From positions 1 to 54,854 of IMG/VR virus record IMGVR_UViG_3300025247_000003: DNA of 54,854 bases; one strand, 5' to 3'. The first letter of the stretch is position 1; each line of letters begins with the position of its first letter. This document shows positions 25,402-35,108 of this stretch, piece after piece. The position numbers and the translations under genes are program-made. This DNA comes from a virus (lineage: Duplodnaviria > Caudoviricetes). The notes beneath the pieces were generated by a model. That model was given only the letters and a program-made list of their open reading frames with translations, made no database searches and had not been told where the DNA came from.

Positions 25402-28331
25402 TGCCTCTCACTGTATGGAACGCAACTATTCAGGATGATGCTGGCAACGCTGTGCCACTGCCGGTCGTTACAGTCCGCAAGTTTTCCGACGATAGCCTTG
25501 CGACAATATTTAATATTGATGGCGATGAGATTGGTAATCCAATTGAAGGGACAGAAGAAGGTTTTGTTCAATTTCAAGTACATCCCGGTAAATATAAGGT
25601 AGAAGGCGCTAAGGACGGATCAAACGCACAAACTTGGATCATTGATCGGACGCAAGGCGTTTATTTTGAAACGCGTTCAGAGTTTGTAACTGCCGCGCCT
25701 GATATGGCACCTGTTGTCGGTATGGTTGTTAGTGCCGGGGGCGTCTCCTACGAATACGACGGCACCACGACCGCCATCAGCGACATGTCAGGCTGGAGGC
25801 CTTGGCGACTGGTCACGCTCCGCCACTTCGGCGCCCCGCTGAACGGGACAGATGATGACCTCTCCGCGTTCCAGGCAACATTGACCTATGTCGGCGCCAA
25901 TGGCCTGCGGAAGGCTAAGCTTTTGCCGGGCGACGACCTGCGCCTTGAGGGCACTGCGTTTGTCCGTCACGACAACGTTCAAGTTGATGCGCGAGAAGCT
26001 ACACGCTGCCGAGTGATCGGTCACACCTTCCCGGCTATCTCATGCTCTGACCCTGACGACGGAACCGTCGCGGCGGACAATTTCTGGCTGCGGGGCGGCG
26101 ATTGGGAGCAGACCACGACGCTCGCCAACATGACGGATACGACTTTCTATCCCGGTTCAGACGTGTCCGACCAGAAGGTCGCGGGGCTCGTGCACCACGG
26201 GAAGCTTGCCGGGAAAACGATCAAGATCACCGAAACCAAGCGGGTGCAGAATTTCATTCACGTCCTGTCGCAATTCGCAGATTGGGAGAATGCAGACGAC
26301 GCCGGCGGCACCATCATTTTCGAGAACAACCAGGAATGCCGGGGCAACAACTTCGGCGTCTGGGATCACGGTGTCGACAGGGGGGTATGCCGGTTCAACA
26401 ACTTCTACGGCACGGTCGGCGTCATCGAGGGTGGCGGGTCCGTTCTCCCGCCGCACCCCTGGTATGGTTCGAACTTCCGCAACCTGTCTGGGCATTACAT
26501 CTTTGAAGGCAACCACGACGAGGGTTATTCGTATGGCTCCACCTTCAAGCTGAAGCGCGCGCAATCGGCCCACTTCGCCAACAACACTGGCGATGGGGTG
26601 CCCACTCTGATCGACTGTCTTCTCGTGGATAAGGTCACCGGCGGCGGCAACATTCACAGGAACGGCTCTGACGATCCGACCCTTACTGGCTCTGGCGGTA
26701 TCTGGATCCGGGGTTGCCGGAAGGACTCGCACGGGATCAACCTTGTCGGCAACGTGATCGATGCAGTTGCGCCCGATGTAAACGCCGTGACGGCCCAGGG
26801 CTTCTTTGGGCCCCGGACCATCGACACCATCACGCTCGGCGCTACGACCACGATCAGCTTTACCAGCATCCACGACTTCATCACCGGCGATACGGTCATC
26901 ATCGACGACGCCGGGGGCGTGACGGAGCTGGAGGGCAACGTCTACACCATCACGGTTGTCGATTGGGAAACCATCACCCTCGACGGCGTGGACAGCACGG
27001 CCTACACGGCGCACTCTTCAGGCGGCACTGTCGATTTCAACCGGCCCGACTATGTGGCGCATGGCTTTATCGAGGCGTCGGGGACGTCCTACAACAACGA
27101 CTTCTTCGTATCGGTCGATGACGACAACAAGGGCTTCTATGTCAAAGTCCAGCTGCTGCATATCTCCGACGATTCCGGCGGGAACATCTTCACCTGTCAG
27201 CGCAACGACAGCAACTACAACCCGGATGGCACGGTGTTTGAGCTTGGCCGCTTGACCATGGATACCCCCGGCACTGTGGTTCTCCTCTATGCAGAGCCCG
27301 GCGCGTCGAATGTGCTCTGCAAGTATGACAGCCGGATGAGCGATGCGACGGCTCACACCCTTTCAGGGTCGGGTGGTTATACGGTGGTTGATGCAGCAAA
27401 CCTTCCGGATGCTCCTGCACAAGACAATCCTTATGACGACACAACCGGGTCTAACCTTGTGGTCGGAAGCCTCGGGGTCGGCAAGAAGGTCGGAAGCTTC
27501 TACAATATCGATGACGGAAATGATGAGCTGACAACCGGATTCTTCGGCGGCGGCGGATCAGGAGCCACAAACTTCCCGTCGGGTGGAAGCCGGTTCGGTC
27601 CGATGCTCAACATCAACAGGGGCGTGTCGTCCACGACCTTCACGCAGCTTCGCCTGTTCTTCGATGTGGGCACAGGTGAAAAGACCATCTGGCTACAGGA
27701 CAGCGACGAATCCACCGTCGGCGGAGGGTTCACCTGGTACGATCCGGTGATGCTTCTGAGCCAAGACACCGTGAATGCGTTCGGGCTTAAAAGCACATCA
27801 GGTGCCCTGAACCTTGAAGCCGAAGCGGCAGGCGATGACATCAACCTAATTGGTGATGGTACGACGCGGCTGACCGTGGACGGCACGACCGGTGAGTTCG
27901 TCTTCAACAGCCTTGCAGGCGCGGAGTTGATGCGCCTGACGGACAGCGGGAACCTTGGGATTGGGACGAACGCGGCCAACCAAAAGTTCCAGATCGTCGC
28001 CTCCGACCCTCGGATATCCATTGTCGACAGCGACGGAAGCGAGGAGTTCCAGCTTCGCCAGAACGCGGAAGTCACGCTTTACCGCGCGCTGGAGGCAGAT
28101 GGCGCCCACAAGTTCTACACCGGCGGCAACACCCTAAGAGGGTCAATAACGACCTCTGGCGTTGGGGTGGGGACGGATACGTTCGGAACCAGTGCCGTCA
28201 ACGTGCTGGCCGTTGCCAACGGCACTGCGCCGACGACCTCCCCGACTGGCGTTGGTCAGCTTTATGTCGAAAGCGGCGCGCTGAAGTACCGGGGCGCTGG
28301 CGGCACCATCACCACACTTGCACCAACCTAA
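25401..28331 (+). CDS. Fibre/tailspike protein 1 (beta-helix region, GNLGIGT fibre motif)
   Basis: HFGA..GTDDDLSAFQ beta-helix cap; FCCH-like insert (HDFITGDTV.I....GVTELEG..YTI); N-terminus paralogous to 28603. Confidence 0.8.
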   Translation: MPLTVWNATIQDDAGNAVPLPVVTVRKFSDDSLATIFNIDGDEIGNPIEGTEEGFVQFQVHPGKYKVEGAKDGSNAQTWIIDRTQGVYFETRSEFVTAAPDMAPVVGMVVSAGGVSYEYDGTTTAISDMSGWRPWRLVTLRHFGAPLNGTDDDLSAFQATLTYVGANGLRKAKLLPGDDLRLEGTAFVRHDNVQVDAREATRCRVIGHTFPAISCSDPDDGTVAADNFWLRGGDWEQTTTLANMTDTTFYPGSDVSDQKVAGLVHHGKLAGKTIKITETKRVQNFIHVLSQFADWENADDAGGTIIFENNQECRGNNFGVWDHGVDRGVCRFNNFYGTVGVIEGGGSVLPPHPWYGSNFRNLSGHYIFEGNHDEGYSYGSTFKLKRAQSAHFANNTGDGVPTLIDCLLVDKVTGGGNIHRNGSDDPTLTGSGGIWIRGCRKDSHGINLVGNVIDAVAPDVNAVTAQGFFGPRTIDTITLGATTTISFTSIHDFITGDTVIIDDAGGVTELEGNVYTITVVDWETITLDGVDSTAYTAHSSGGTVDFNRPDYVAHGFIEASGTSYNNDFFVSVDDDNKGFYVKVQLLHISDDSGGNIFTCQRNDSNYNPDGTVFELGRLTMDTPGTVVLLYAEPGASNVLCKYDSRMSDATAHTLSGSGGYTVVDAANLPDAPAQDNPYDDTTGSNLVVGSLGVGKKVGSFYNIDDGNDELTTGFFGGGGSGATNFPSGGSRFGPMLNINRGVSSTTFTQLRLFFDVGTGEKTIWLQDSDESTVGGGFTWYDPVMLLSQDTVNAFGLKSTSGALNLEAEAAGDDINLIGDGTTRLTVDGTTGEFVFNSLAGAELMRLTDSGNLGIGTNAANQKFQIVASDPRISIVDSDGSEEFQLRQNAEVTLYRALEADGAHKFYTGGNTLRGSITTSGVGVGTDTFGTSAVNVLAVANGTAPTTSPTGVGQLYVESGALKYRGAGGTITTLAPT

Positions 28332-28340
28332 GGATTTGAC

Positions 28341-28499
28341 ATGAGCCTTCGAAATGAAGTCGATAACGCGCTTTTGACGGCGCTTGCCAACGTTGCCCGA
28401 TCAGCGGCGGAAGCTGGCGACAGGGAGATTGCCGCCCTGAAGGCCGAGCTTGAGAAGCAGAAAGCCGAGCTCGCGAAACACCAGAAAGACGGTAAGTGA
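28341..28499 (+). CDS. Small coiled-coil protein (possible fibre chaperone)
   Basis: Manual ORF MSLRNEVDNALL...EIAALKAELEKQK; AAGGA SD. Confidence 0.6.
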   Translation: MSLRNEVDNALLTALANVARSAAEAGDREIAALKAELEKQKAELAKHQKDGK

Positions 28500-28603
28500 C
28501 GTGGAATAGTCCATCACCAAATTTTGGCGATGTCATCGCAGCGGCGGTCGTATCGCTCGGGTGGCTATTCCGCTCTGAAAATACGTATATTTGGAGTATA
28601 TAA
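28496..28603 (+). pseudogene. Chimeric remnant ORF (holin-like start fused to adaptor-gene end)
   Basis: MTWNSPSPNFGDVIAAAVVSLGWL-FRSENTYIWSI*; the end matches FRCEKTYIWSNL* of 25024-25401. Confidence 0.55.
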
Positions 28604-31125
28604 TGGCACTTATCCCTTGGCAGGCCACAATTCAGGATGACGGAGGTAATGCTGTTCCTTTGCCAGTTGTCACTATTCGTAAAGCAAGTGACGACACTTT
28701 GGCAACCGTTTATGACATTGACGGTGTTGAGGCAGACAATCCTATTAATGGAGACCTTGAAGGGTTTGTTCAATTCCAAGTCCAACCGGGCAAATACAAT
28801 ATCGAGGGTGCGAAAGGCGGCTCTGTAACTAGCTCTTGGACTATCAATGAAACTCAAGGAGCTTACTTTGAAACTAGTGATGAATTCGTAGACGCCGCCC
28901 CGTCTATGGCTCCGGTTTCTGGTATGACTGTGAATGCCGAGGGTGTATCATACGAATACGATGGAGAAAGTGAATCAATATCCACGCTACCCGGCTGGAA
29001 GCCATTCGGGTATTCTCCGTCATCGAAAATAACCATGTCGGTTGCACAAGGGCTTTACTTGTCGAGTGGTACGAAGTCTGTATCATTGTCTGGTCGGTCT
29101 GTTGCTGGTGATTGCGGCACATCTGCAATGTTCAAGCGTGTGGATTCTGAGCCGTCGCATGATGCTAAGTTCCGTAGCGCTGATCGGTACATTTCAGACG
29201 GCACGACAAGCGCATCCAATGGCGGCTGGTGGGAGAAGGTCGTAGGCGACGATGGCATTGTCGTGCCGTGGTATGGGCCTTGTGACACTGACGCAAATCG
29301 GCGCTCAACGACCAGCGCGGCGTATACCCATTGGTCCACGCTCAACAGCACGGCTTATGGTGACCAAGACCCTAACGCGGACGCATGCAAGCTGTATTGG
29401 CCAAACATTAGTGGGCTTGATTTTTTCGATTTGGGCACCCCGCTCACGATAACGACAGTAGGTTCTTACAATGAGTTTCAGGGCGCCGGTAATGGGATGT
29501 TCCTACGGAATATCCAGTTCGTCATGGAAGATAGATACTTCCAGTGGCATGGGTTTCATGTCGATGGCGATGTCGGGGCAACGGAAGACGATTACCTAGA
29601 TGTTGTGACCCTTGGCACTGACAACGGTCGTGCCGATATGTTCAGCATCCGCGACTACCTTCTCTATAAATGCGGTGTGTGCTTCAAGGCTCAGGATGTG
29701 GCCGGTGGGTACATTGGGCCGGGCGTCATCCGCAAATGCAAGCAGTCGCTCACGCTGGAAAGCCAAGATGTTGAGACGAACCCTCAAGCGTCCGGCGATC
29801 TTCTTATCGACCATCAGGTGTGCTGGAACCTGATCGACTACGGGTACGAGATCAAAGGCACTGGAGAAGTGAAAATGAACGGCGTGTCATGCTTCGACAG
29901 CAACAAGCCCAACATCCTCATCCGTGGCTCTGGTAGCGAACGAGCTATCCAGATGTACTTCACGGACTGCACGTTCACTATCGGCAACGACGACCTTACC
30001 GACCGCAGCAGCACGACCATCACCTCGATCACCGACAACGGCTCCGGTGACGTTCGGATCAACTATGCGTCCGGATCTTTCCCCTATATCTTCGAGGGGA
30101 TGCGCCGTCTCGAAATCGAGTTCGACAGCGTTTACGACACGGGCGACCTTCCCGGCGACTGGCACATTACCAACGTGACCAGCTCGTCGTTCGACATTCC
30201 GGACATGTCCTACATCTCGGATGCAACTGGAACCGTCTGGCACTGTGGCTGGAACATCGTCGTGGACAGCGACAGCAGCGACGACAGCGGGTACGTCAAG
30301 ACGGACACCTATGATATCCATTTCGTTCAGACGAAGTGTAATTCGGTGTTCATCGGCAAGGCTGACAACGTCAACTGGATCGGCTCTGCGGTGGGCCCGC
30401 AGATCTATGTGTCTGAAGACTGCCTTGGGTTCACGCACATCGGCTCGACGCTCTGGCGCGTCGGCGAGAAGGGCGTGGACAGCTACAGCCTGCCGATCAG
30501 CGGCCCTGGCAAGTGGGCTTCCATATCGAACCTGCGGGACGCCGACGGTAACTTCGGTGCCGTCATCGAGACACCGGCCAGTGATGCTGAATATGACACG
30601 GCTGGGAAGTTCAACCTTCCCAGCAAGGTCAACGGGTTCGAAGTCACTGACGCCGGGGTGAAGATCAAGGGAGAGAACCTGAGCACGCCTACCCTGTCTC
30701 GGTCGAGCGCTTATCTCAGCGGCACATCCGATAACGTAATAGGCAGTGACGGTACGTATTATACAATCGTTTTCGATACAGAGCTTTACGATGTCGGTGA
30801 CGTCTACAACGACAGCACCGGGGAATTCACTGCGCCATTCGCCGGTCTATACGAGGTGAAGGCGGCTGTTGCGTTCAACCAGATCACTGGGGCCGATTAC
30901 ATTCGGGCGCGCATCAAGACAACTGATCGAAATTTCGACGTATACAAAGAAGTTCCGGGATCATGTGATCGTGATGTTATCACCTTGGTGCAAGATGTCG
31001 TTCTAGAAGCTAGCGATACCATCATTATTCAAGCTGCGTGCTCCGGTCTTGCTGGGGACACAGCGGATGTAATTGGGGGAGACCCAACAGTTACTTCGTT
31101 CTTCACGGTACGCAGGGTGGGGTAA
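28603..31125 (+). CDS. Fibre/tailspike protein 2 with C-terminal C1q-like domain
   Basis: N-terminal ~135 aa paralogous to fibre 1; C-terminal IVFDTELYD...YN.STGEFTAP..GLY. Confidence 0.8.
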   Translation: MALIPWQATIQDDGGNAVPLPVVTIRKASDDTLATVYDIDGVEADNPINGDLEGFVQFQVQPGKYNIEGAKGGSVTSSWTINETQGAYFETSDEFVDAAPSMAPVSGMTVNAEGVSYEYDGESESISTLPGWKPFGYSPSSKITMSVAQGLYLSSGTKSVSLSGRSVAGDCGTSAMFKRVDSEPSHDAKFRSADRYISDGTTSASNGGWWEKVVGDDGIVVPWYGPCDTDANRRSTTSAAYTHWSTLNSTAYGDQDPNADACKLYWPNISGLDFFDLGTPLTITTVGSYNEFQGAGNGMFLRNIQFVMEDRYFQWHGFHVDGDVGATEDDYLDVVTLGTDNGRADMFSIRDYLLYKCGVCFKAQDVAGGYIGPGVIRKCKQSLTLESQDVETNPQASGDLLIDHQVCWNLIDYGYEIKGTGEVKMNGVSCFDSNKPNILIRGSGSERAIQMYFTDCTFTIGNDDLTDRSSTTITSITDNGSGDVRINYASGSFPYIFEGMRRLEIEFDSVYDTGDLPGDWHITNVTSSSFDIPDMSYISDATGTVWHCGWNIVVDSDSSDDSGYVKTDTYDIHFVQTKCNSVFIGKADNVNWIGSAVGPQIYVSEDCLGFTHIGSTLWRVGEKGVDSYSLPISGPGKWASISNLRDADGNFGAVIETPASDAEYDTAGKFNLPSKVNGFEVTDAGVKIKGENLSTPTLSRSSAYLSGTSDNVIGSDGTYYTIVFDTELYDVGDVYNDSTGEFTAPFAGLYEVKAAVAFNQITGADYIRARIKTTDRNFDVYKEVPGSCDRDVITLVQDVVLEASDTIIIQAACSGLAGDTADVIGGDPTVTSFFTVRRVG

Positions 31126-31181
31126 AAAATCATGATTGCCCCCGATTTGCCCAACAACCAAACCCATGAAACAATATGACC

Positions 31182-32258
31182 ATGAAATTTACTGACAGCG
31201 CACAACCGGGAACTGTGAAGAAGACCAGCGAGGGCTACCTAGTGGCCCACGCTAAAGCTTTGCGTACCGGCGTTCAGAATTACCTTCCGGGAGAGTTGGG
31301 CCTTATGGCAGACGGCTATCCAACGGGGTATGTGCGCGTTAACCGGCCAGAAGAAAGCGTGTTTGACGCTGACGCGCTGTCCACAATGGCGCAAAAGCCC
31401 CTCACACTTGGGCATCCGGATGAAGATGTAACACCGGAAAATTACGCCGATCTTGCCATTGGTCATGTGACGAATAAATTTGCCAAAGATGGCGAGTGGG
31501 TTGCGCTTGAAGTCATGGTGACTGATCAGCGCGGCATTGACGCTATCAATAACGGCACGGTGGAGCTTTCCGCCGGGTATATTGCAGACATGGCGGCGGT
31601 TGAGCATGACGAATATGATTTCGTCATGGGTAAGCCGACGTTCAATCATTTGGCTCTCGTTCCCGCTGGGCGCGCTGGGCATGAAGCGCGCATTGGTGAC
31701 AGTGCGCAAAAACCTTGGGGCGCGGCCCCTCAACCTGTAACCGAAGAGGAAGTCGAAATGCCGACTGAAATGAAAACGGTAGTGGTTGGCGACAAGGCCG
31801 TGCAAGTTGCGGCTGCGGATGCTGAAATCATCACTGCCATGCAGAAAGACCACGCCAAGGCGCTGGAAGAAAAAGACGTTAAGATTGCTGAACTGAAAAC
31901 CGAATGTGCCGACACGGCCAAGAAAGTTATCAGTGACGAAGACCTTGCAAAGAAAATCCAAGACGGTGTTAAGGAAATCGCAACCGTTGCCGAAAAAGCC
32001 CGTAAGCTTGTCAAGGATTACGACGCAACCGACAAAGATTCCATGACGATCCGACGCGAAGTCATCAAGTCTGTGTATGGCGATGAGGCAATCGAAGACC
32101 TGAAAACCGACGCGGAAATCAAGGCTGCATTTGCCGTTGCCCGCGTTGAGGAAAAAGCCGATCCCGTGCTGACCCGTGACGCTTCTCCCAAGATGAAAGA
32201 GAAGAAGGAAAAGGGCGCTTGGGATGGCATGTACAAAGCTAAGAAGGAAGATAAGTAA
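31182..32258 (+). CDS. Prohead protease/scaffold (DUF2213 type)
   Basis: EGYL...RTG.Q.Y, P.T.GHP, ELSAGY, NHLALV..GRAG...RIGD; alternative ATG at 31176. Confidence 0.88.
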   Translation: MKFTDSAQPGTVKKTSEGYLVAHAKALRTGVQNYLPGELGLMADGYPTGYVRVNRPEESVFDADALSTMAQKPLTLGHPDEDVTPENYADLAIGHVTNKFAKDGEWVALEVMVTDQRGIDAINNGTVELSAGYIADMAAVEHDEYDFVMGKPTFNHLALVPAGRAGHEARIGDSAQKPWGAAPQPVTEEEVEMPTEMKTVVVGDKAVQVAAADAEIITAMQKDHAKALEEKDVKIAELKTECADTAKKVISDEDLAKKIQDGVKEIATVAEKARKLVKDYDATDKDSMTIRREVIKSVYGDEAIEDLKTDAEIKAAFAVARVEEKADPVLTRDASPKMKEKKEKGAWDGMYKAKKEDK

Positions 32259-32617
32259 TGGCCACTCTTACCGAAGCCAACCGCAATTTTGAGTTTCTGC
32301 AATCCGCTGCTAACCACTATCGCTCGTTTGAAACTCAAGTGTTTGATAGCGATGCTGATTGGGGCGATGCGGCAATCCCTGCCGGTCAAGTCTACGCCAT
32401 TGTTGGTGGCGACGCCGTTGCATGGGATGGTGACGCAACTGACGGCTCTGAAGATGCTGCTGGCATTCTCTGCACCGGCATTGACGCTCTGGCAACCGCT
32501 ACTGAAACCGTTTTGGTGCGTGACGCAGAAGTGAAACGTTACAAGCTGACCTATGACGGCACCGATGCTGAACTCGACGCCACGCTTCTCGCGCTTGGCA
32601 TCATCGTTCGCGATTAA
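32258..32617 (+). CDS. Head decoration protein
   Basis: ATDGSE.AAGIL...VRDAEV...LGIIVR; precedes the major capsid gene. Confidence 0.85.
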   Translation: MATLTEANRNFEFLQSAANHYRSFETQVFDSDADWGDAAIPAGQVYAIVGGDAVAWDGDATDGSEDAAGILCTGIDALATATETVLVRDAEVKRYKLTYDGTDAELDATLLALGIIVRD

Positions 32618-32636
32618 TTAGAAAGGATTTGTAGCA

Positions 32637-33665
32637 ATGGCTACTATGGATATCTTTAAGGCTGACGGTTTCAACATGTTCGAGCTTTCGAGCATGGTTG
32701 AAAAAATGGATTATAACCCGCAAATGCTGGGTTCCATGAACCTGTTTCAGCCGAAACCCGTCCGCACTAAAAATGTGTGGATTGACCGCAAGACCGACAG
32801 CCTGAACCTGATTGGCTTCTCGGAGCGTGGTTCCGCTCCGCAACAAAACGAGCGCGATACCCGCGACATGCTGGGCCTGACCATTCCTCGCCTAGCGATC
32901 CAAGATACTGTTTGGGCACACGAGGTTTCTGGACTGCGTGAGTTTGGTTCCGAAACCGAACTGATGACCGTGCAGCGTGAAGTCGCTTCCCGTCTCTCCA
33001 AGATGCGTCAGCAAGTCGAATACACCAAAGAGTATCTTCGTCTTGCAGCTATTCAGGGTCTTGCACTTGATCCGTCTGACGGTTCGACCTACTACAACTA
33101 CTACACAGAGTTTGGCGAAGCGCAGGACACCGCAACCTCGTTTGAACTTGACCAAGATGGTACTGACGTTGCCGCAATCTGTCGCGATCTGATCCGCTCA
33201 ATCCAGCGATCCGCCAAAGGTGCGTGGGTTATGGGTCAGTCTCGTGTTCACGCTCTGGTTGGCGACAGCTTCTTTGACGCTCTGATTTCGCATCCGAACG
33301 TAGAGAAGTTCTGGATCAACTGGCAAGCGGCTGCTGAACTTCGTGGTGTTGATCCGTTCTCGCAATTCGATTTCGGCGGTATCGTGTTCCACAACTACCG
33401 TGGTTCGGACGATAACTCGACCATTGCAATCGGCACGAACGACGCCAAATTCTTCGTTGTCGGCGGTGATGGCATCTTTGTTGAGGCCATGGCCCCGGCT
33501 GATGAGTGGATGGCATATGTCAACACCCCCGGCCAATCGGTTTATGCGTTCCAGCGACTTGACCGTGAGTTTGAAAGTCCGCGCTTTGTTGGTTATCACG
33601 TACACAGCTACCCGCTGATGTACTGCCAGCGTCCGGGAACTCTGCGCCGTGGTACGCTGACTTAA
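32637..33665 (+). CDS. Major capsid protein (lambda gpE-like)
   Basis: 342 aa; GLREFGSE, T.EYLR..AIQG, S.PL..C.RP; strong SD. Confidence 0.92.
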   Translation: MATMDIFKADGFNMFELSSMVEKMDYNPQMLGSMNLFQPKPVRTKNVWIDRKTDSLNLIGFSERGSAPQQNERDTRDMLGLTIPRLAIQDTVWAHEVSGLREFGSETELMTVQREVASRLSKMRQQVEYTKEYLRLAAIQGLALDPSDGSTYYNYYTEFGEAQDTATSFELDQDGTDVAAICRDLIRSIQRSAKGAWVMGQSRVHALVGDSFFDALISHPNVEKFWINWQAAAELRGVDPFSQFDFGGIVFHNYRGSDDNSTIAIGTNDAKFFVVGGDGIFVEAMAPADEWMAYVNTPGQSVYAFQRLDREFESPRFVGYHVHSYPLMYCQRPGTLRRGTLT

Positions 33666-33691
33666 TAGAACGCGCCGGAAACGGTGTTATC

Positions 33692-33722
33692 AACCCTCGC
33701 CTTAATTGGCGGGGGTTTTGTT
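33692..33722. terminator. Terminator after the major capsid gene
   Basis: AACCCTCGCC-ttaatt-GGCGGGGGTT followed by a T-rich tract. Confidence 0.75.
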
Positions 33723-34125
33723 ATTCTAGGGCGGATAAAATGCGCCGTTCGTAGTCGGCATGGGCGGCGGCTTTTAACGGCGTTAGATCATCGTCATGAT
33801 GGTTTCCTATCAAATGCTCCGTAATCGCCCTGACGTGCTGCCACCATTGAGCATTATCGTGGGTGACAAGTTCCAAATAAAACCCGCTAAAATCGTCCGT
33901 GTCATCACAGATGAAGTAAGTCCCGATCTGCGTTATGGCCTGAGAAAGAACTGGCGCGCCGTTCAATGGGTGGTCCTCCCACTCCAACGGCTTGACCTTC
34001 GGCGAAGTCTGACTGATGATTGCGTTAATAGCTGATTGAAGGCATTCACAACAATCACTTGGCTTACCGCTCAGTGTGTTTGAGCATCCTTTTTCGTACT
34101 CCATCAGTATTTCTTTAATTTCCAT
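33721..34125 (-). CDS. Hypothetical protein (VKPLEW...KAAAHADYERRILSAL type)
   Basis: Recognisable phage motif; island gene. Confidence 0.7.
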   Translation of the reverse strand: MEIKEILMEYEKGCSNTLSGKPSDCCECLQSAINAIISQTSPKVKPLEWEDHPLNGAPVLSQAITQIGTYFICDDTDDFSGFYLELVTHDNAQWWQHVRAITEHLIGNHHDDDLTPLKAAAHADYERRILSALE

Positions 34126-34210
34126 CACATCCACCCATAAACCAGCCAAACGCCCACATAGAAGATAACAACCACGCTGATAACGCCTATTGCGTCTTTG
34201 ATAAAGTCGT

Positions 34211-34390
34211 TCATTTCACCGCTCCATTTTGCGCACCATAAGGCGTCATGTTTTCAGGATCGCGCCCGAATGCAATAGCAACACATGCATAAGCGTAACC
34301 TTGACTTAAACAATATTTCCAAGTCGCGCCTTCATTGCGTAGTTGCTTGCAATCTTCGATCTGGTCGCGTTCGTCTTGTGTGTGTTTCAT
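34211..34390 (-). CDS. Hypothetical protein (59 aa)
   Basis: Manual ORF MKHTQDERDQIEDCKQLR...; GGAGG SD. Confidence 0.55.
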   Translation of the reverse strand: MKHTQDERDQIEDCKQLRNEGATWKYCLSQGYAYACVAIAFGRDPENMTPYGAQNGAVK

Positions 34391-34496
34391 CTTCTACAGC
34401 CTCCAACTATATCTCTCCACCAATACCACGCCCGCGCTTTGCCTGTCAACACCTTTTGCGGTATTCTATGTACAAACCGTAATCCGAGGATAGAAC

Positions 34497-34844
34497 ATGG
34501 CTACCATTTCCAGCGTTGACACCAAAGCAATCTCCGAAGTCTCCATTACCAAAACCACGCTCGGCGCTTCCGACACGTTTACATATGTTCCGGGCGTGAC
34601 TAAATATCTGGTTATCGACAATAACTCAGGTGGCCCTCTTACGCCGAATATTGACGGAGATGGAGCTGGTAATGAGTATCTCAATGGGGTTGGTAGCGTT
34701 GATATCTCAAGCGGTTATGAGTTTGGGTCAATTGCTGATGGTGCGTCTGTTATTATCGACCTAGATCAAATCCGCTCGTATCTGCAAGGTACTATTGCCG
34801 TGACTGGCGGTGACGACTCAGAAGCTTACATTATCGAGGTTTGA
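34497..34844 (+). CDS. Probable virion protein
   Basis: GAGGA SD; beta-rich; I.LD.I.SYLQGTI. Confidence 0.7.
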   Translation: MATISSVDTKAISEVSITKTTLGASDTFTYVPGVTKYLVIDNNSGGPLTPNIDGDGAGNEYLNGVGSVDISSGYEFGSIADGASVIIDLDQIRSYLQGTIAVTGGDDSEAYIIEV

Positions 34845-34847
34845 TAA

Positions 34848-35108
34848 ATGGCTCTTGAAACTGTAAACGTATCCGTCAACACCTCAACTTGGGTTCAGGT
34901 TGGAGACAACGTTACTGCGCTTACCATGACCGAAACCCTTGTGGGTGATATTAAGGTGCATGTAGTGGCTAATGGCGGTACTGCCCCGTCTAGCACGGCT
35001 GCGGCGTATCAATGGTGGGATAAGGAATATACATACTCTGGTTCCGCCGCTGATATATACGTTCTGTCACCTAATGGCGCAACTGAGGTTGGGGTTGTGA
35101 GAGAGTAA
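34848..35108 (+). CDS. Probable virion protein
   Basis: GAGG SD; beta-rich; coupled to the next gene. Confidence 0.65.
   Translation: MALETVNVSVNTSTWVQVGDNVTALTMTETLVGDIKVHVVANGGTAPSSTAAAYQWWDKEYTYSGSAADIYVLSPNGATEVGVVRE

Noticed and set aside
25401-31125. Diversity-generating retroelement or invertible fibre switch
   Set aside because: No reverse transcriptase or invertase; the shared parts are diverged direct paralogs, not adenine-specific TR/VR pairs
34370-34392. Frameshift in a CA repeat at the start of the 34390 ORF
   Set aside because: On recount the frame is intact (ATG AAA CAC ACA CAA GAC)
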